Origin: Candidatus Eiseniibacteriota bacterium
GTDB taxonomy: Bacteria; Eisenbacteria; RBG-16-71-46; CAVPCR01
Assembly: GCA_963702435.1 (NCBI GenBank)
Contig: CAVPCR010000001.1
Span: forward strand, 544,001 to 608,000
Direction: 5' to 3'
DNA: 64,000 nt
The position numbers were made by a program, and so were the translations under genes. The notes beneath the pieces were generated by a model. It was not told the origin of the DNA and searched no databases. It worked only from the letters and a program-made list of their open reading frames with translations. Of this stretch, positions 37,582 to 48,770 are shown piece by piece. The stretch's first letter is position 1, and the number at the start of each line of letters is the position of its first letter.

Positions 37582-40500
37582 CTAGAAGGCGGCGCCGACC
37601 GCCAGGGTCGAGATGGCCGACCCGATGTTCTGGTCGAGGTCGGTCCGCTGCGCGAGGTCCCAGCGCAGGATCAGGAACCCGAGGTTGACGCGCGCGCCGA
37701 CGCCGTAGCTCGCGAAGGTGTCCTCGAGACTGAACATCCCGCCGCTGCTGGAGAACGGCTGCCAGTCGTCGTGGCGATTGAAGGCGTAGCCCGAGTCGAA
37801 GAACAGGACGCCGACGATGCCCCGGAACTCCAAGGGCAGGATGCCGAAGCGGAAGGTCTCGACCAGCGGGAAGCGGTACTCGAGGTTGAGCACGCCGATG
37901 TTGGTGCCGTGGAATGCCTCGAAGGGCCAGCCCCGCACGGTCCACGGGCCGCCGACGGAGAAGGACTGCGGCGTCTCGCCGAAGGAGGTGGCGCCGAGCA
38001 GGCGGAGCGCGATCGTGTGCCGCTGGCGGATGTTCGTGTAGCGCCGGAGATCCAGCCCCACGGTCGTGTAGCTCAAATCGCCCAGCGACTGGGCGATCGA
38101 GAGGCGGTTGCGGCTGCCGGCGATCGGTCCGATCGAGCCGTAGAGGATGGTGTCGGTGACGAAGGCCACCGACGGCTTGAGGAAGAAGACTCGTTCCTTG
38201 GTGATGCCCTCGACTCCGGTGCCGCTATCGATGGTCCCTTCATCGACCAGGGTGCGATCCACGAAGGCCGCCTGCATCCCGAGCTCCATCCGGCGGAACT
38301 TGGAGAACGGCCGCCACACGAACCCCTCGACGCCGCGGAACATCTCGCGGTCGGCGCGGAGGACGGCGCTGTCGTAGAAGCTCAGGTAGTCGTTGCGGTA
38401 CTGGAAGAGGGTGACGCCCCAGTTGCTCCGCCGCTCGAGGTTGTAGTAGGTGAGGAAGAGATCCGACTCGGACACGCTGCCGAAGACGCTCGCCGAGAGC
38501 TGGATGTGGTGGTTGCCGAGGACATCGGACAGCCCGAGCGCGAACTGGCCGGCGACCCCGACGCCGGGCGCGAAGCCGCCGGCGCCGGCAATCACGTCCG
38601 GCGAGAAGTTCACCTTGTAGTCGCGCACCTTGAAGGTCGAGCCGTCGGGAGCCGGAGGCCGGTAGGTGATCGCCACCACCTCCTCGTCCTCCTCGGCGTC
38701 CTCGCCCTCTCCCGGAGCGGGGGGCGGGCCCGCGGCGATCGCGGTCGAATCAGCGGGCGGGGGCAGCACCGTCTCCTCCCCCACCTCTGCCGCCGGCACC
38801 GCGGCGGCCAGCGAATCGGGCTCGAGGCCGAACTCCTCGCTCCCGGCGACGGCCGAATCTGCCGCCGCCTCCGCCACGACGAGTTCCCCGCCACCGGCCG
38901 CGGCCTCCGCCTCCGCGCCGCTCGCGGCGACCGGCCCGAGTGCGCCCGCCTCCTCGGCCAGACCCGCGCTCGGCTCCTCCTCCTCCTCGAGCGAGCCGCC
39001 ACCGAGCCGGCGCGGCGCCGGCGGGATCGTCTCCGCCTGTGCGATGACGGTCGGCGCGGCCGGCTCGCGCCCTTCGAGCAGATCGAGCGGATCCTTGATC
39101 GCGTAGATGTTGAAGCCGCCCTGCTCGAAGCAGGTGAACAGGAGGCGCTTCCCGTTGTTCGACCAGGTGATCGGCGGGCTCGATTCGGTGATGCCGCTCA
39201 CCCCGGTCAGGAGGTTCGTGAGCTGGAAGGCCTCGGCGGTCGCCACGTCCACCATGAACAGGTTCGAGATCCCGGAACGGTCGGAGACGAAGGCGATCTT
39301 GGTGCCGTCGGGCGACCACTGCGGGTTCACGTTCTTCCCCGACTGCCCGGGGAGGACGCGGATCTGCTCGGTCTCGAGATCGTAGGTGGCGATCTTGAAG
39401 TCGCCGAACTCGAGCGTGCGGAAGTTGGTGCGCGGCCCGCGGTCGGTGGTGAAGGCGACATAGCGCCCGTCCGGGGACCAGGCCGGGTCCCGATCGGCGA
39501 AGCGATCCTGGGTCAGGCGCTCGAGCTTCTGTCCCTCGACGTCGGTGAGGAAGAGATCCGAGCGGCCGCCGTCGAGGCCGACGAAGACGAGACGGTTGCC
39601 GTCCGGCGAGAAGCTCGGCGACAGGATGCCGTCGAGACCGAAGGTGAGTCGGCGGACGACCTTTTTCTCCTCGACGTCGAAGAGGTAGATCGCGTCCTCG
39701 CCCCCGACCTTGGCCGCGAAGGTGATGAGCTTGCCGTCCGGGGACCAGGAGAGCGCGGTCTGCAGGTAGCGGAGCGACTCGAAGCTCGATGAACGCTCGC
39801 CGCTCACCAGCTTCTTGATCACCTTGCCGTCGATGGCCGAGGCCAGGTAGAGGTCGTTGTAGAGGCCGCGATCGGACAGGTAGACCATGAGGTTCCCGTC
39901 CGGGGAGATCGCCGGCACCAGATTGATGTGCGAGAGATCGCCCCGGTGATCGGTGAGCCGGCGCCCGTAGACCTCGGCCTGATCGTACTCGGCGATGGTC
40001 GGCAGGTAGGTCTTCCGCATCTCCTCGGTCCACTGCTTGGAGAGGTCGGCGACCGAGATGCCGAGCGAGGACTGGACGACGCGGTCGAGCCCGCCCCGCC
40101 GCGAGACGCCCTTCAGCATCTCGCCGATCTTCTGCGAGCCGTAGCGCTGGTCGATGAACTCGAAGACCGCCTGCCCGTAACGATAGACGCGGATGTCCCC
40201 CGTCATCTCGAGCTCGGGGAGAGTCGTCAGGTAGCCCTCGAGCGCCCCGTCGCGCAGCCACATGCGGGTGTGGTTGTCGACCTCGCCGATCGACAGGTAC
40301 TCGGCCATGCCCTCCATGAACCAGAGCGGCGGGCTCGCTGCCATGCGTCCGCTCAGCGGGCTCTTGTCGCCGAACAGGACATCCACCTGGAACGCGTGCA
40401 CGAGCTCGTGGGTGAGCACGTGATCGAGCTCGCCGTAGGAGCCGGTGAAGGGCAGGATGACGCGCCGCTTGAGGAACTCGGTGACGCCGCCGGTGCCCTC

Positions 40501-40851
40501 GTCGATGAGGCCCGAGAGCGCGTTGGTCTGCTGGAAGTCGGTGTGCGACGCGTAGAGGATGAGCGGGATCGGCTCCTTGACCTCGTGATCGAGGATCTTC
40601 GAGAGCTTGGCGTAGGCGCGCTCGGCCATGCGCGCGGCGTCCCTGGCCGCCTCCTCCTCCGCCGGATAGAAGTAGAGGTGGAAGTGCTCGGTCTCGAGGA
40701 CGGACCAGTCGAACTGGTCGTACTGGACCTTGTTCTTGCCGAAGTACTGCGCGCCGGCAGGGCCGGCGAGGACTGCGAGGCCGAGGACGAGGACGAGGAG
40801 CGGCGCCGCTCGGGACGCCGGTCGCCGGCCGGAAACAGGCTCATGCTGCAT
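37582..40851 (-). CDS. Zn-peptidase + TolB-like beta-propeller + Omp85-type barrel protein
   Basis: QYFGKNKVQY; HELVH and WFMEGMAEY; repeated (W/F)SPDG units; C-terminal NLEYRFPL..GVGARVNLGF..GAAF. Confidence 0.88.
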   Translation of the reverse strand: MQHEPVSGRRPASRAAPLLVLVLGLAVLAGPAGAQYFGKNKVQYDQFDWSVLETEHFHLYFYPAEEEAARDAARMAERAYAKLSKILDHEVKEPIPLILYASHTDFQQTNALSGLIDEGTGGVTEFLKRRVILPFTGSYGELDHVLTHELVHAFQVDVLFGDKSPLSGRMAASPPLWFMEGMAEYLSIGEVDNHTRMWLRDGALEGYLTTLPELEMTGDIRVYRYGQAVFEFIDQRYGSQKIGEMLKGVSRRGGLDRVVQSSLGISVADLSKQWTEEMRKTYLPTIAEYDQAEVYGRRLTDHRGDLSHINLVPAISPDGNLMVYLSDRGLYNDLYLASAIDGKVIKKLVSGERSSSFESLRYLQTALSWSPDGKLITFAAKVGGEDAIYLFDVEEKKVVRRLTFGLDGILSPSFSPDGNRLVFVGLDGGRSDLFLTDVEGQKLERLTQDRFADRDPAWSPDGRYVAFTTDRGPRTNFRTLEFGDFKIATYDLETEQIRVLPGQSGKNVNPQWSPDGTKIAFVSDRSGISNLFMVDVATAEAFQLTNLLTGVSGITESSPPITWSNNGKRLLFTCFEQGGFNIYAIKDPLDLLEGREPAAPTVIAQAETIPPAPRRLGGGSLEEEEEPSAGLAEEAGALGPVAASGAEAEAAAGGGELVVAEAAADSAVAGSEEFGLEPDSLAAAVPAAEVGEETVLPPPADSTAIAAGPPPAPGEGEDAEEDEEVVAITYRPPAPDGSTFKVRDYKVNFSPDVIAGAGGFAPGVGVAGQFALGLSDVLGNHHIQLSASVFGSVSESDLFLTYYNLERRSNWGVTLFQYRNDYLSFYDSAVLRADREMFRGVEGFVWRPFSKFRRMELGMQAAFVDRTLVDEGTIDSGTGVEGITKERVFFLKPSVAFVTDTILYGSIGPIAGSRNRLSIAQSLGDLSYTTVGLDLRRYTNIRQRHTIALRLLGATSFGETPQSFSVGGPWTVRGWPFEAFHGTNIGVLNLEYRFPLVETFRFGILPLEFRGIVGVLFFDSGYAFNRHDDWQPFSSSGGMFSLEDTFASYGVGARVNLGFLILRWDLAQRTDLDQNIGSAISTLAVGAAF

Positions 40852-41155
40852 GGTAGTCCGTCCTGGGCGATACGGGCGAACCCCGGCAGAGCCGGAGTGC
40901 AGACGCCAGCCGCCCTCGCCGGGTCCGCCCGCGTGGCCTAAGTTCCCACGATCCATGGTAGCAGGCACTCGTGCTCCTATCCAGGTGGGCCGCCCACCGG
41001 CGGCCGGCTGTCAGCAGACTGAGGAGGGCAGCGCGAGGCCAGACGTCCCGGGGCCTTTCTCTTCCATCGGTAGAACACGGATCGATCCTTCCCGGTTTGC
41101 GGCCCTTAACCCTGTTCCCCTCCTTCCCTTCCCGCTTCCGGACACGGCTCCGGTC

Positions 41156-41806
41156 TCAGGGTGAACCGGCCCATTGCGCCTTGATCCGCCCCCAGGTCGA
41201 GGCCGGCTGCGGCCGGATGAGGATGGCGAAGAACTGGCGGGCCGAGATGGCATGGCTCCCGGCGATCAGATCCCGCTCCGGGTGGACGCGGGGAGCTGAG
41301 ACATCCGCCCAGGCCAGGGCGTCCGCGTCGTACTGCACGAGACGGAGATCCTCCTCGCGGGCCCCGAGCGCCAGGACGCGGGCCGCGTCGTAACGGAGCT
41401 CGATGGCGACCGGAGCGAAGAGCGCCCCGGTGCACGGGCAGGTCCCGGTGTCGAGGTAGGCCCGGAAGGCGCGGACGAAGGTCGTCTCCTCGCAGATGGT
41501 CAGGTCGGGGAGCCCGCTGCACGGCCAGGGCAGGAGCTCGAGGTAGACATAGTTCCCCGGACTGAACGTGCCGAACGCGTAGGGCGGGAAGATCTCCCGG
41601 CTCTCGGGCTCGCCCTCGACCGCGATCGTGAAACCGGTGCCCGAGCCGATGTCGACCCAGCGCCCCTGGGCGCCGGCGAACGCCGGGACGAGGAGCGCGA
41701 GCCCGAGGACGGGCATGAGCAGGCCGTGGGCGGCCGGCGCAACGCGAGCGGGCGCGCGGCGGCGGGCAGTAGAAGTGAAACCGGAACGGGGCGGTCGGTG
41801 CTGCAC
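41156..41806 (-). CDS. Secreted hypothetical protein with C-terminal TWGxIK motif
   Basis: Hydrophobic signal (VLGLALLVPAFAGA); ends ASTWGRIKAQW; start uncertain. Confidence 0.7.
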   Translation of the reverse strand: MQHRPPRSGFTSTARRRAPARVAPAAHGLLMPVLGLALLVPAFAGAQGRWVDIGSGTGFTIAVEGEPESREIFPPYAFGTFSPGNYVYLELLPWPCSGLPDLTICEETTFVRAFRAYLDTGTCPCTGALFAPVAIELRYDAARVLALGAREEDLRLVQYDADALAWADVSAPRVHPERDLIAGSHAISARQFFAILIRPQPASTWGRIKAQWAGSP

Positions 41807-41994
41807 GTCGTTTGCTCTTCGGGGAGGCGGGTTCCCCTGTTAGACACCAGGGGTGGACCGCGAGTTTCCGGGGACGGGCGAATCCGGGGGACGGGGCAGG
41901 CCCCCCGGACGCGGGGGGCCGCCGGAAGCGCCCGGCAACCGGGCTCGGGCCTGCCGGGCCGCGCTCGCGAAGCCGCCGGGCGGGAGGCTCCGCG

Positions 41995-43479
41995 CTACGG
42001 AGCGATGAAGCCCAGGGAGCGCGAGGCGAGGTTCCAGAGGGGCGTCCACCACACGCCGAGGGCGAGGGTGGGCACCGCGAGGACCACGATCAGGGCGAGC
42101 GCGGGCGCCGGCAGCGCGAGCGCCCGCGTGTCCTCCGCGGTCTCGAAGAACATGGCCTTGAGCACGCGCGCGTAGTAGTAGAGCGAGATCACCGAGTTGA
42201 GCACGCCGACCACCGCCAGCCAGTAGTACTTCTCGCGGATCACTGCGGCGAAGAGATAGAGCTTGCCGATGAACCCTGCGCTCGGCGGCAATCCGATCAG
42301 GGAGAAGAGGAAGATGCCCATCGCCACCGCGAGGAGCGGCGAGCGCCAGACGAGCCCGCGATAGTGCGCGATGTCCTCGCCGCGCACGAGCTTGGTCACC
42401 GTGATGACGACGAGGAAGGCGCCCAGGTTCATGAGCAGGTAGACGCCGAGGTAGAAGAGGATCGCGGCGACACCCTGGTTGGAGAGGACGACGAAGCCCA
42501 TCAGCATGTAGCCGGCGTGTGCGATGGTCGAATAGGCGAGCAGCCGCTTCAGGTTCGTCTGCGGGATGGCGGCCAGGTTGCCGAAGGTCATGGTGGCGGC
42601 GGCGAGCGCGGCGAGGAGCGCCGGCCAGTCGAGCCCGGCGACCGGAATCCAGCGGTCGCCGGTGGCCTGGGCCAGCCCCGAGTAGAAGAAGCGGACCATC
42701 ATGGCGAAGCCGGCCGCCTTCGGACCCACCGACAGGAAGGCGGTGACCGGGGTGGGCGCTCCCTCGTAGACGTCCGGGGTCCAGAAGTGGAAGGGCACGC
42801 ACGAGATCTTGAAGCCGAGGCCGGCCAGGATGAAGCCGATCGCAACGAGCGTCGTCAGCGGGTAGACGGGCGTCGCGGTGAGCCCCTCGGCGACCGCGAA
42901 GATGTTGGTGGCGCCGGTCAGGCCATAGAGAAGCGACATGCCGTAGACCATGACCCCGGAGGAGGCGGCGCCGTAGATCACGTACTTGAGGGCCGCCTCG
43001 GCCGAGCGCCGGTTCCGCTTCAAGAACCCCGCCAGCACGTAGCAGGGCACGCTCACCAGCTCGAGCGCGATGGCCATCATGACCATGTCCACCGCCGAGG
43101 CCATGAGCGAGAGCCCGAGCGCCACCGCGAGGAGGAGCGCCGCGAACTCGCCCAGCTCGGAGTCCCGCATGTCCGGGGAGAAGTAGGCGAACAGGAGCAC
43201 CAGCGCGCTCGAGACATAGAAGATGAGCTTGAAATAGACCGCGAAGGGATCGCACGCGATCATCCCGGTGAACAGGAGCGTGCTCCCCGCCTGGTAGAGA
43301 TCGAGCGCATAGACCGTGGCCGCGCCGAGCGCCCCCAGGGTGATGATCGCGGTCACCACCTTGCCGCGGCCGCGGGCCACCAGATCCGCGACCACGACGA
43401 GGAGGAGCGCGCCCGTCAGCACGAGCTCCGGCATGAAGTAACGCAGGCTTTCGATGTTGCCGATCGACTGCATGTTCAC
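41995..43479 (-). CDS. nuoN: NADH-quinone oxidoreductase subunit N
   Basis: [43 protein letters not shown]. Confidence 0.95.
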   Translation of the reverse strand: MNMQSIGNIESLRYFMPELVLTGALLLVVVADLVARGRGKVVTAIITLGALGAATVYALDLYQAGSTLLFTGMIACDPFAVYFKLIFYVSSALVLLFAYFSPDMRDSELGEFAALLLAVALGLSLMASAVDMVMMAIALELVSVPCYVLAGFLKRNRRSAEAALKYVIYGAASSGVMVYGMSLLYGLTGATNIFAVAEGLTATPVYPLTTLVAIGFILAGLGFKISCVPFHFWTPDVYEGAPTPVTAFLSVGPKAAGFAMMVRFFYSGLAQATGDRWIPVAGLDWPALLAALAAATMTFGNLAAIPQTNLKRLLAYSTIAHAGYMLMGFVVLSNQGVAAILFYLGVYLLMNLGAFLVVITVTKLVRGEDIAHYRGLVWRSPLLAVAMGIFLFSLIGLPPSAGFIGKLYLFAAVIREKYYWLAVVGVLNSVISLYYYARVLKAMFFETAEDTRALALPAPALALIVVLAVPTLALGVWWTPLWNLASRSLGFIAP

Positions 43480-43486
43480 CTCGGTC

Positions 43487-44954
43487 CTACGGCAGGTAGC
43501 TCGTGATGCCCGCCATGGTCACCCGGAAGAGGTCGATCAACCAGCTCGGCCAGATGCCGAAGATCACGGTGAGCGCCCCGAGCGGAACCAGGGTGAAGAG
43601 CTCGCGGCCGTTCATGTCCGGCAGATCCTTGTACTTCTCGTTGAGCGGTCCCAGGAACATCCGCTGCAGCGTCCAGAGGAAGTAGGCGGCGCCGATCACG
43701 ATGCCCGCCGTCGAGATGATGGTGATGGTCCGGAAGACGTTGAAGGCGCCCAGGAAGACGAGCGCCTCGCTCAGAAGCCGGCGAGCCCGGGCAGCCCGAG
43801 CGAGGCGAAGAAGGCGAGCGAAGTGATGCCCGTGTAGACCGGCATCTGCAGGCCAGAGGCCGCCGAACCCCTCGATGTCGCGGTGATGCGCCCGGTCGTA
43901 GATGACGCCGACCAGGAGGAAGAGCATCGCCGGTGATGGTGCCGTGGTTGAACATCTGGAACACCGCGCCGTTCATGCCCTGCGGCGTGAAGCTCGCCAT
44001 GCCGAGGAGGCAGAACCCCATGTGGCTGACCGAGGAATAGGCGACCAGCTTCTTGAGATCCTTCTGCGCCATGGCGCAGAGGGCGCCGTAGACGATGTTG
44101 ATGACACCGAGGATCGCCAGTCCAGTAGGCGGCATCGGCGGTCGCCTGCGGCAGGATCGGCGAAGTTGACGCGGAAGATGCCGTAGACGCCCATCTTCAG
44201 GAGCACCCCGGCGAGGATGACCGAGATGGCGGTCGGCGCCTCCACGTGCGCGTCCGGCAACCAGGTGTGGAACGGGAAGATCGGCACCTTGATCGCGAAG
44301 GCGACGAAGAAGCCGAGCCAGACCATGGTCCGGAACAGGTCATCCGTAGCCCGCGGTCGGCGCCGAAGAGCTGCATCATGTCGAAGGTGTGCGGCTCCGT
44401 GATGAAGTAGAGGGCCAGGATCGCGAGCAGCATGAACACCGAGCCGAAGAGCGTGTAGAGGAAGAACTTGATCGCCGCGTACTCGCGTCGCGGCCCGCCC
44501 CAGATCCCGATCAGGAAGTACATCGGGAGGAGCATGACCTCCCAGAAGCACGTAGAAGAGGATGAAGTCGAGGGCGCAGAAGACCCCGGTCATCCCGGTC
44601 TCGCAGGAGGAGGAAGAGCGAGAAGTAGCCCTTGACGCCCCGGTTGATGCCCCAGGACGCGAAGATGCAGATGAACGAGAGGAGGGTCGTCAGGAGGACC
44701 ATGGTCACCCCGAGCCCGTCCACGCCCATGAAGTACTCGATCGAGAACGAGGGGATCCACGGCGCGCGCTCGATGAACTGGAACTCCGAGGTTCCCGGGT
44801 TGTAGAGGCGCAGGAGCCGTAGCGAGAGGGCGAGCGGGATCCCGGCGAAGATGGCCGCCACCACCTTGATCAGGGTATCGCCCCGCAAGAGGAGGATGAG
44901 CGCCGTCCCGACCAGGGGAATGAAGGTGATGAGCGAGAGCAGATGCGCATCCAT
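43487..44954 (-). CDS. nuoM: NADH-quinone oxidoreductase subunit M, multiply frameshifted in this sequence
   Basis: Pieces in different frames: [62 protein letters not shown]. Confidence 0.88.
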
Positions 44955-45018
44955 GCCTGGCATACCTCCGAAACCCTCCCTGCCGGCCGCCGCCGCAGCG
45001 CCCGGCCTGCCGCCCGCT

Positions 45019-47098
45019 TTACAGGAACATCTTGGCCAAGACGATCAGGACGAGAATCCCCATGAACCCGTAGACGTAATTCTGCAGCCGCCCGGTCTGC
45101 ACGTGACGCACCGTGCGGCCGAGTCCGATCACCGACTGCGCGAGCCCGTTCACCGCCCCGTCCACGCCGAGGAGATCGATGCCGCCCGCGAGCCAGGCCA
45201 GCCGGGCCCCGAACTTGCCCGCGCCGTTGACCAGGGCGTCGATCACGTAGATGTCGAAGAGGCGGGCCAGGGCGCAGACCAGGAGCAGCATCCGCACGAT
45301 GAGAACCTGGTAGATCTCGTCGAAGAACCACTTGTTCTTGAACAGGACGTACAGCGGCATGAGTCGTCCGGCCCACGCCGCCGCCGAGATGACGCGGCGC
45401 CCGTAGGTGAGATAGGAAAGCAAGATGCCGAGCCCGGCGATCGCGATCGAGGCGAGCATGGCCGGGATGTGCGCCGCGTGCTCGTGCTCGTGGGTGATGG
45501 CGAAGGGTCCGTGCCCGGACGCGACCTCGTGCCCGGCGGCGACCTCGTGCCCGGCCGCCACCGCATCGTGGACCGCGGCCGCGTCGTGGTCGCCGACCGC
45601 CGCATAGTCGGCGAGGACCGGCATCCTGACCTGCTCGGCGAACCAGTGGTCGGTGACGAACGGGATGCCGACCGAGAAGACGGTCATCACGGCGAGCACG
45701 ACGAGCGGGATGGTCATCACCCGCGGCGACTCGTGGGCATGATCGTGCTTGTGGTGGTCGCGCGGCTCGCCGGTGAAGGCGAGGAACAGGAGCCGGAACA
45801 TGTAGAAGGCGGTGATACCGGCCGAGACGATGAGGAGCGCGAAGGGCAGGTAGCGGATGCCGCCGTAGGCGTGGCCGAAGGCGAGGCTCCCGGCGAGGAT
45901 CGCATCCTTCGAGAAGAAGCCCGAGAAGCCGGGTACCCCCGAGATCGCGAGGGTGGCGATGAGCATGGTCGCGAAGGTGATCGGCATCTTCCGGCGGAGC
46001 CCGCCCATCTCCGGGAGCTCCTGGCTGTGCACCGCGTGGATCACGCTCCCGGCGCCGAGGAAGAGGAGCGCCTTGAAGAAGGCGTGCGTCCACAGATGGA
46101 AGAGACCGGCGGCGAAGCCGCCGACCCCGAGCCCGGTGATCATGTAGCCGAGCTGGCTGATGGTCGAGTAGGCGAGGACCTTCTTGATGTCGGTGGCGGT
46201 GATGGCGATGGTCGCGGCGATGAAGGCGGTGACCGCGCCGGTGAGCGCGATCACCCAGAAGCGCCTCCGGGGTGAACACCGGATAGAGCCGCCCCACCAT
46301 GTAGACGCCGGCCGCCACCATGGTCGCGGCATGGATCAAGGCCGAGACCGGGGTCGGGCCCTCCATGGCGTCGGGAAGCCAGACATGGAGCGGGAACTGC
46401 GCCGACTTGCCGACCGCGCCCAGGAACAGCCCGATCCCGCACGCGGTGAGGAGCGGACCGACCAGCTCGCCGCGGGCGATGCCGCCGAACACGCCCTGGT
46501 AGGTGAAGTCCCCGATCTTCGCAGCCGACGATCATGATCCCGATGAACATGCCGACGTCGCCGACGCGGGTGGTCGAGGAAGGCCTTCTTGGCCGCGTTC
46601 GACGCCGAGTGCTTCTCGAACCAGAACCCGATCAGCAGGTACGAGGAGAGCCCGACCAGCTCCCAGAAGACGTAGAGCCCGAGCAGGTTGTCGGCGAGCA
46701 CGAGCCCCAGCATCGAGAACGAGAAGAGCGAGAGATAGGCGAAGTAGCGCGTGTAGCGCGGGTCGCCGTGCATGTAGCCGACCGAGATAGAGATGCACCA
46801 CGAAGCTCACGAGCGTGACCACGACCAGCATGCACACGGTGAGCTGGTCGACCCACATGCCCATGGTGAGGCGGAAGGAGCCGAGCGTGAGGTAGTCGAA
46901 CTCCCAGAGGTACGGCAGCTCGGCGCCGCCGGCGCCGAGGATGGTCCGCGCGAAGAGCCGGACCGCGAGGGCCAGGCCGATGAAGATGGCGCCGATCGAT
47001 ATGAAGTCGCCGTGCCGGGGCAGCCGCCGGCCGATCGCCAGCTGGATCACGAAGGCGGCGAGCGGCAGGCAGAGGATCAAGCAGAGATCGCGGAGCAC
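45019..47098 (-). CDS. nuoL: NADH-quinone oxidoreductase subunit L, four frameshifts in this sequence
   Basis: [62 protein letters not shown] in successive frames. Confidence 0.9.
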
Positions 47099-47109
47099 CG
47101 TCCCCCCTC

Positions 47110-47430
47110 CTAGTCCCGCAACGAGTCGATCTCGTTCACGTCGATCGTCTGGAAGTTGTGATAGATGGCGAGGATGATCGCCAGCGCCACCGCCGCCTCG
47201 GCGGCGGCGAGCACGATCACGAAGACCGCGAAGAGCTGCCCGCGCAGATCCGCCCCCGAGAAGCGCGAGAAGGCGACCAGGTTCACATTGGTCGCGTTGA
47301 GGACGAGCTCGATGCCCATGAGCACCGAGACCGCGTTGCGGCGGCTCACGATCGCGTAGGCGCCGAGGCTGAACAGGACGGCAGCCACTATCAGGTACGA
47401 GTTGAGGCTCGTCGGGTCGAAGAGGCTCAC
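47110..47430 (-). CDS. nuoK: NADH-quinone oxidoreductase subunit K
   Basis: RRNAVSVLMGIELVLNA, AAAEAAVALAI; GTG overlaps nuoJ stop. Confidence 0.93.
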   Translation of the reverse strand: MSLFDPTSLNSYLIVAAVLFSLGAYAIVSRRNAVSVLMGIELVLNATNVNLVAFSRFSGADLRGQLFAVFVIVLAAAEAAVALAIILAIYHNFQTIDVNEIDSLRD

Positions 47431-47936
47431 TTGCGCACCTCCCGCCGCGCGATGAGAACGGCGCCGATCAGGGCGGCGAGGAGGAGCACCGACACCACCT
47501 CGAAGGGCAGGATGAAATCGGTCATGAACAGCCGCCCGATCTCCCTGGTGGTGGGTTTCATTTCCGGCACGCCGCGGGTGAGCCACCGCGTGTTGAAGAT
47601 GACCGAGAAGAGGATGAAGAGGAGGCCGCCGAAGAGGAGCACCGAGCGGCCCACCCGCGCGTTCCCCTGGTAGAGCTCGACCGAGACGATCTTGCTCGTC
47701 AGCATGACGCCGAACAGGATGAGGACGAGGATGCCGCCGACGTAGATGATGATCTGGGTGGCGGCCAGGAAGTCGGCGGCGAGATAGACATAGAGCGCGG
47801 CCACGCCGGAGAGCGTGAACAGGAGCGCGAAGGCGCTCCGCACCAGGTTCCGCGCGGTGACCACCACGAACGCCGAGCCCAGGGTCACGAGGACGATGCC
47901 GGCGAAGATGATCCGGTAGAAGAACTCCGCGTCCAC
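47427..47936 (-). CDS. nuoJ: NADH-quinone oxidoreductase subunit J
   Basis: ADFLAATQIIIYVGGILVL, LPFEVVSVLLL. Confidence 0.93.
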   Translation of the reverse strand: MDAEFFYRIIFAGIVLVTLGSAFVVVTARNLVRSAFALLFTLSGVAALYVYLAADFLAATQIIIYVGGILVLILFGVMLTSKIVSVELYQGNARVGRSVLLFGGLLFILFSVIFNTRWLTRGVPEMKPTTREIGRLFMTDFILPFEVVSVLLLAALIGAVLIARREVRK

Positions 47937-48002
47937 ACTCTCCCCCCCGAGGTCCGCCGCCGGCTCCGGGCGCCGGCGCCGTCCCTCCCGGTCGCTGTCC
48001 TC

Positions 48003-48716
48003 TCAGGTCCCCGCCGGCGGCGGCGCCGCCGCGGGCTCCGCCTTGGCGGCAGCCGGCTTGGCCGGCGCCGCATGCGGCTTCGCGGTCTTCGCGATCTCGG
48101 CCAGACGGTGATTCCGCCAGTCGTACTCGGCGGCCCCCGACACGGGCCGCACCGAGCCGGCCGGAATCACCAGACTGGCCGGGTCGGCGGCGCCCGCGTA
48201 GGCGACCGGGTTGGTGATCCGGTTCTGCTTGAGGCGCGCCTCCTCCATGTCGTAGCCGGGCGGCGGCTCCTCGATGGCGAAGCGCAGCATCCAGCCGTCG
48301 CGCTCGTAGCTCGACACCTCGTACTGCCCGGTCATGAGCAGACACTCGGTCGGACAGACCTCGGTGCACAGGTTGCACCACATGCACTTGAGCGTGTCGA
48401 TATCGAACTGGTAGACGTGCAGCTTCTTCGCCTGCCCGTCCCTGGTCATGCCGAGATCCTCGTCCTTGCCTGCCTTCAGCGTGACCATCGTGATGCAGTC
48501 CACCGGGCAGGCGCGCACGCACTGGCCGCAGCCGATGCAGTCCTCGATGCGGTTGTGCAACAGCCCCCGGAAGCGCTCGAACATCGCCATCCGCTCCTGC
48601 GGATACTGGAGCGTGATGGCCGGCGAGTGCAGGTACTTCCAGGTCACGCGCATGCCGACGAGGACGGTGAAGATCCCCTCGTAGATGTTCCGGAAATAGG
48701 AGACGAGTGCGTTCAT
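48003..48716 (-). CDS. nuoI: NADH-quinone oxidoreductase subunit I
   Basis: TLQYP, RFRG, CIGCGQCVRACP and CMWCNLCTEVCP. Confidence 0.93.
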   Translation of the reverse strand: MNALVSYFRNIYEGIFTVLVGMRVTWKYLHSPAITLQYPQERMAMFERFRGLLHNRIEDCIGCGQCVRACPVDCITMVTLKAGKDEDLGMTRDGQAKKLHVYQFDIDTLKCMWCNLCTEVCPTECLLMTGQYEVSSYERDGWMLRFAIEEPPPGYDMEEARLKQNRITNPVAYAGAADPASLVIPAGSVRPVSGAAEYDWRNHRLAEIAKTAKPHAAPAKPAAAKAEPAAAPPPAGT

Positions 48717-48770
48717 CGTTGCCGTTCTCCGGGGGGTCTGGTCGTCATCCGGTTCATGCTCGCTCCCATC

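Noticed and set aside
45480..45600. His-rich repeat loop in NuoL as a metal-binding novelty
   Set aside because: Variable His-rich loops are common at this position in NuoL
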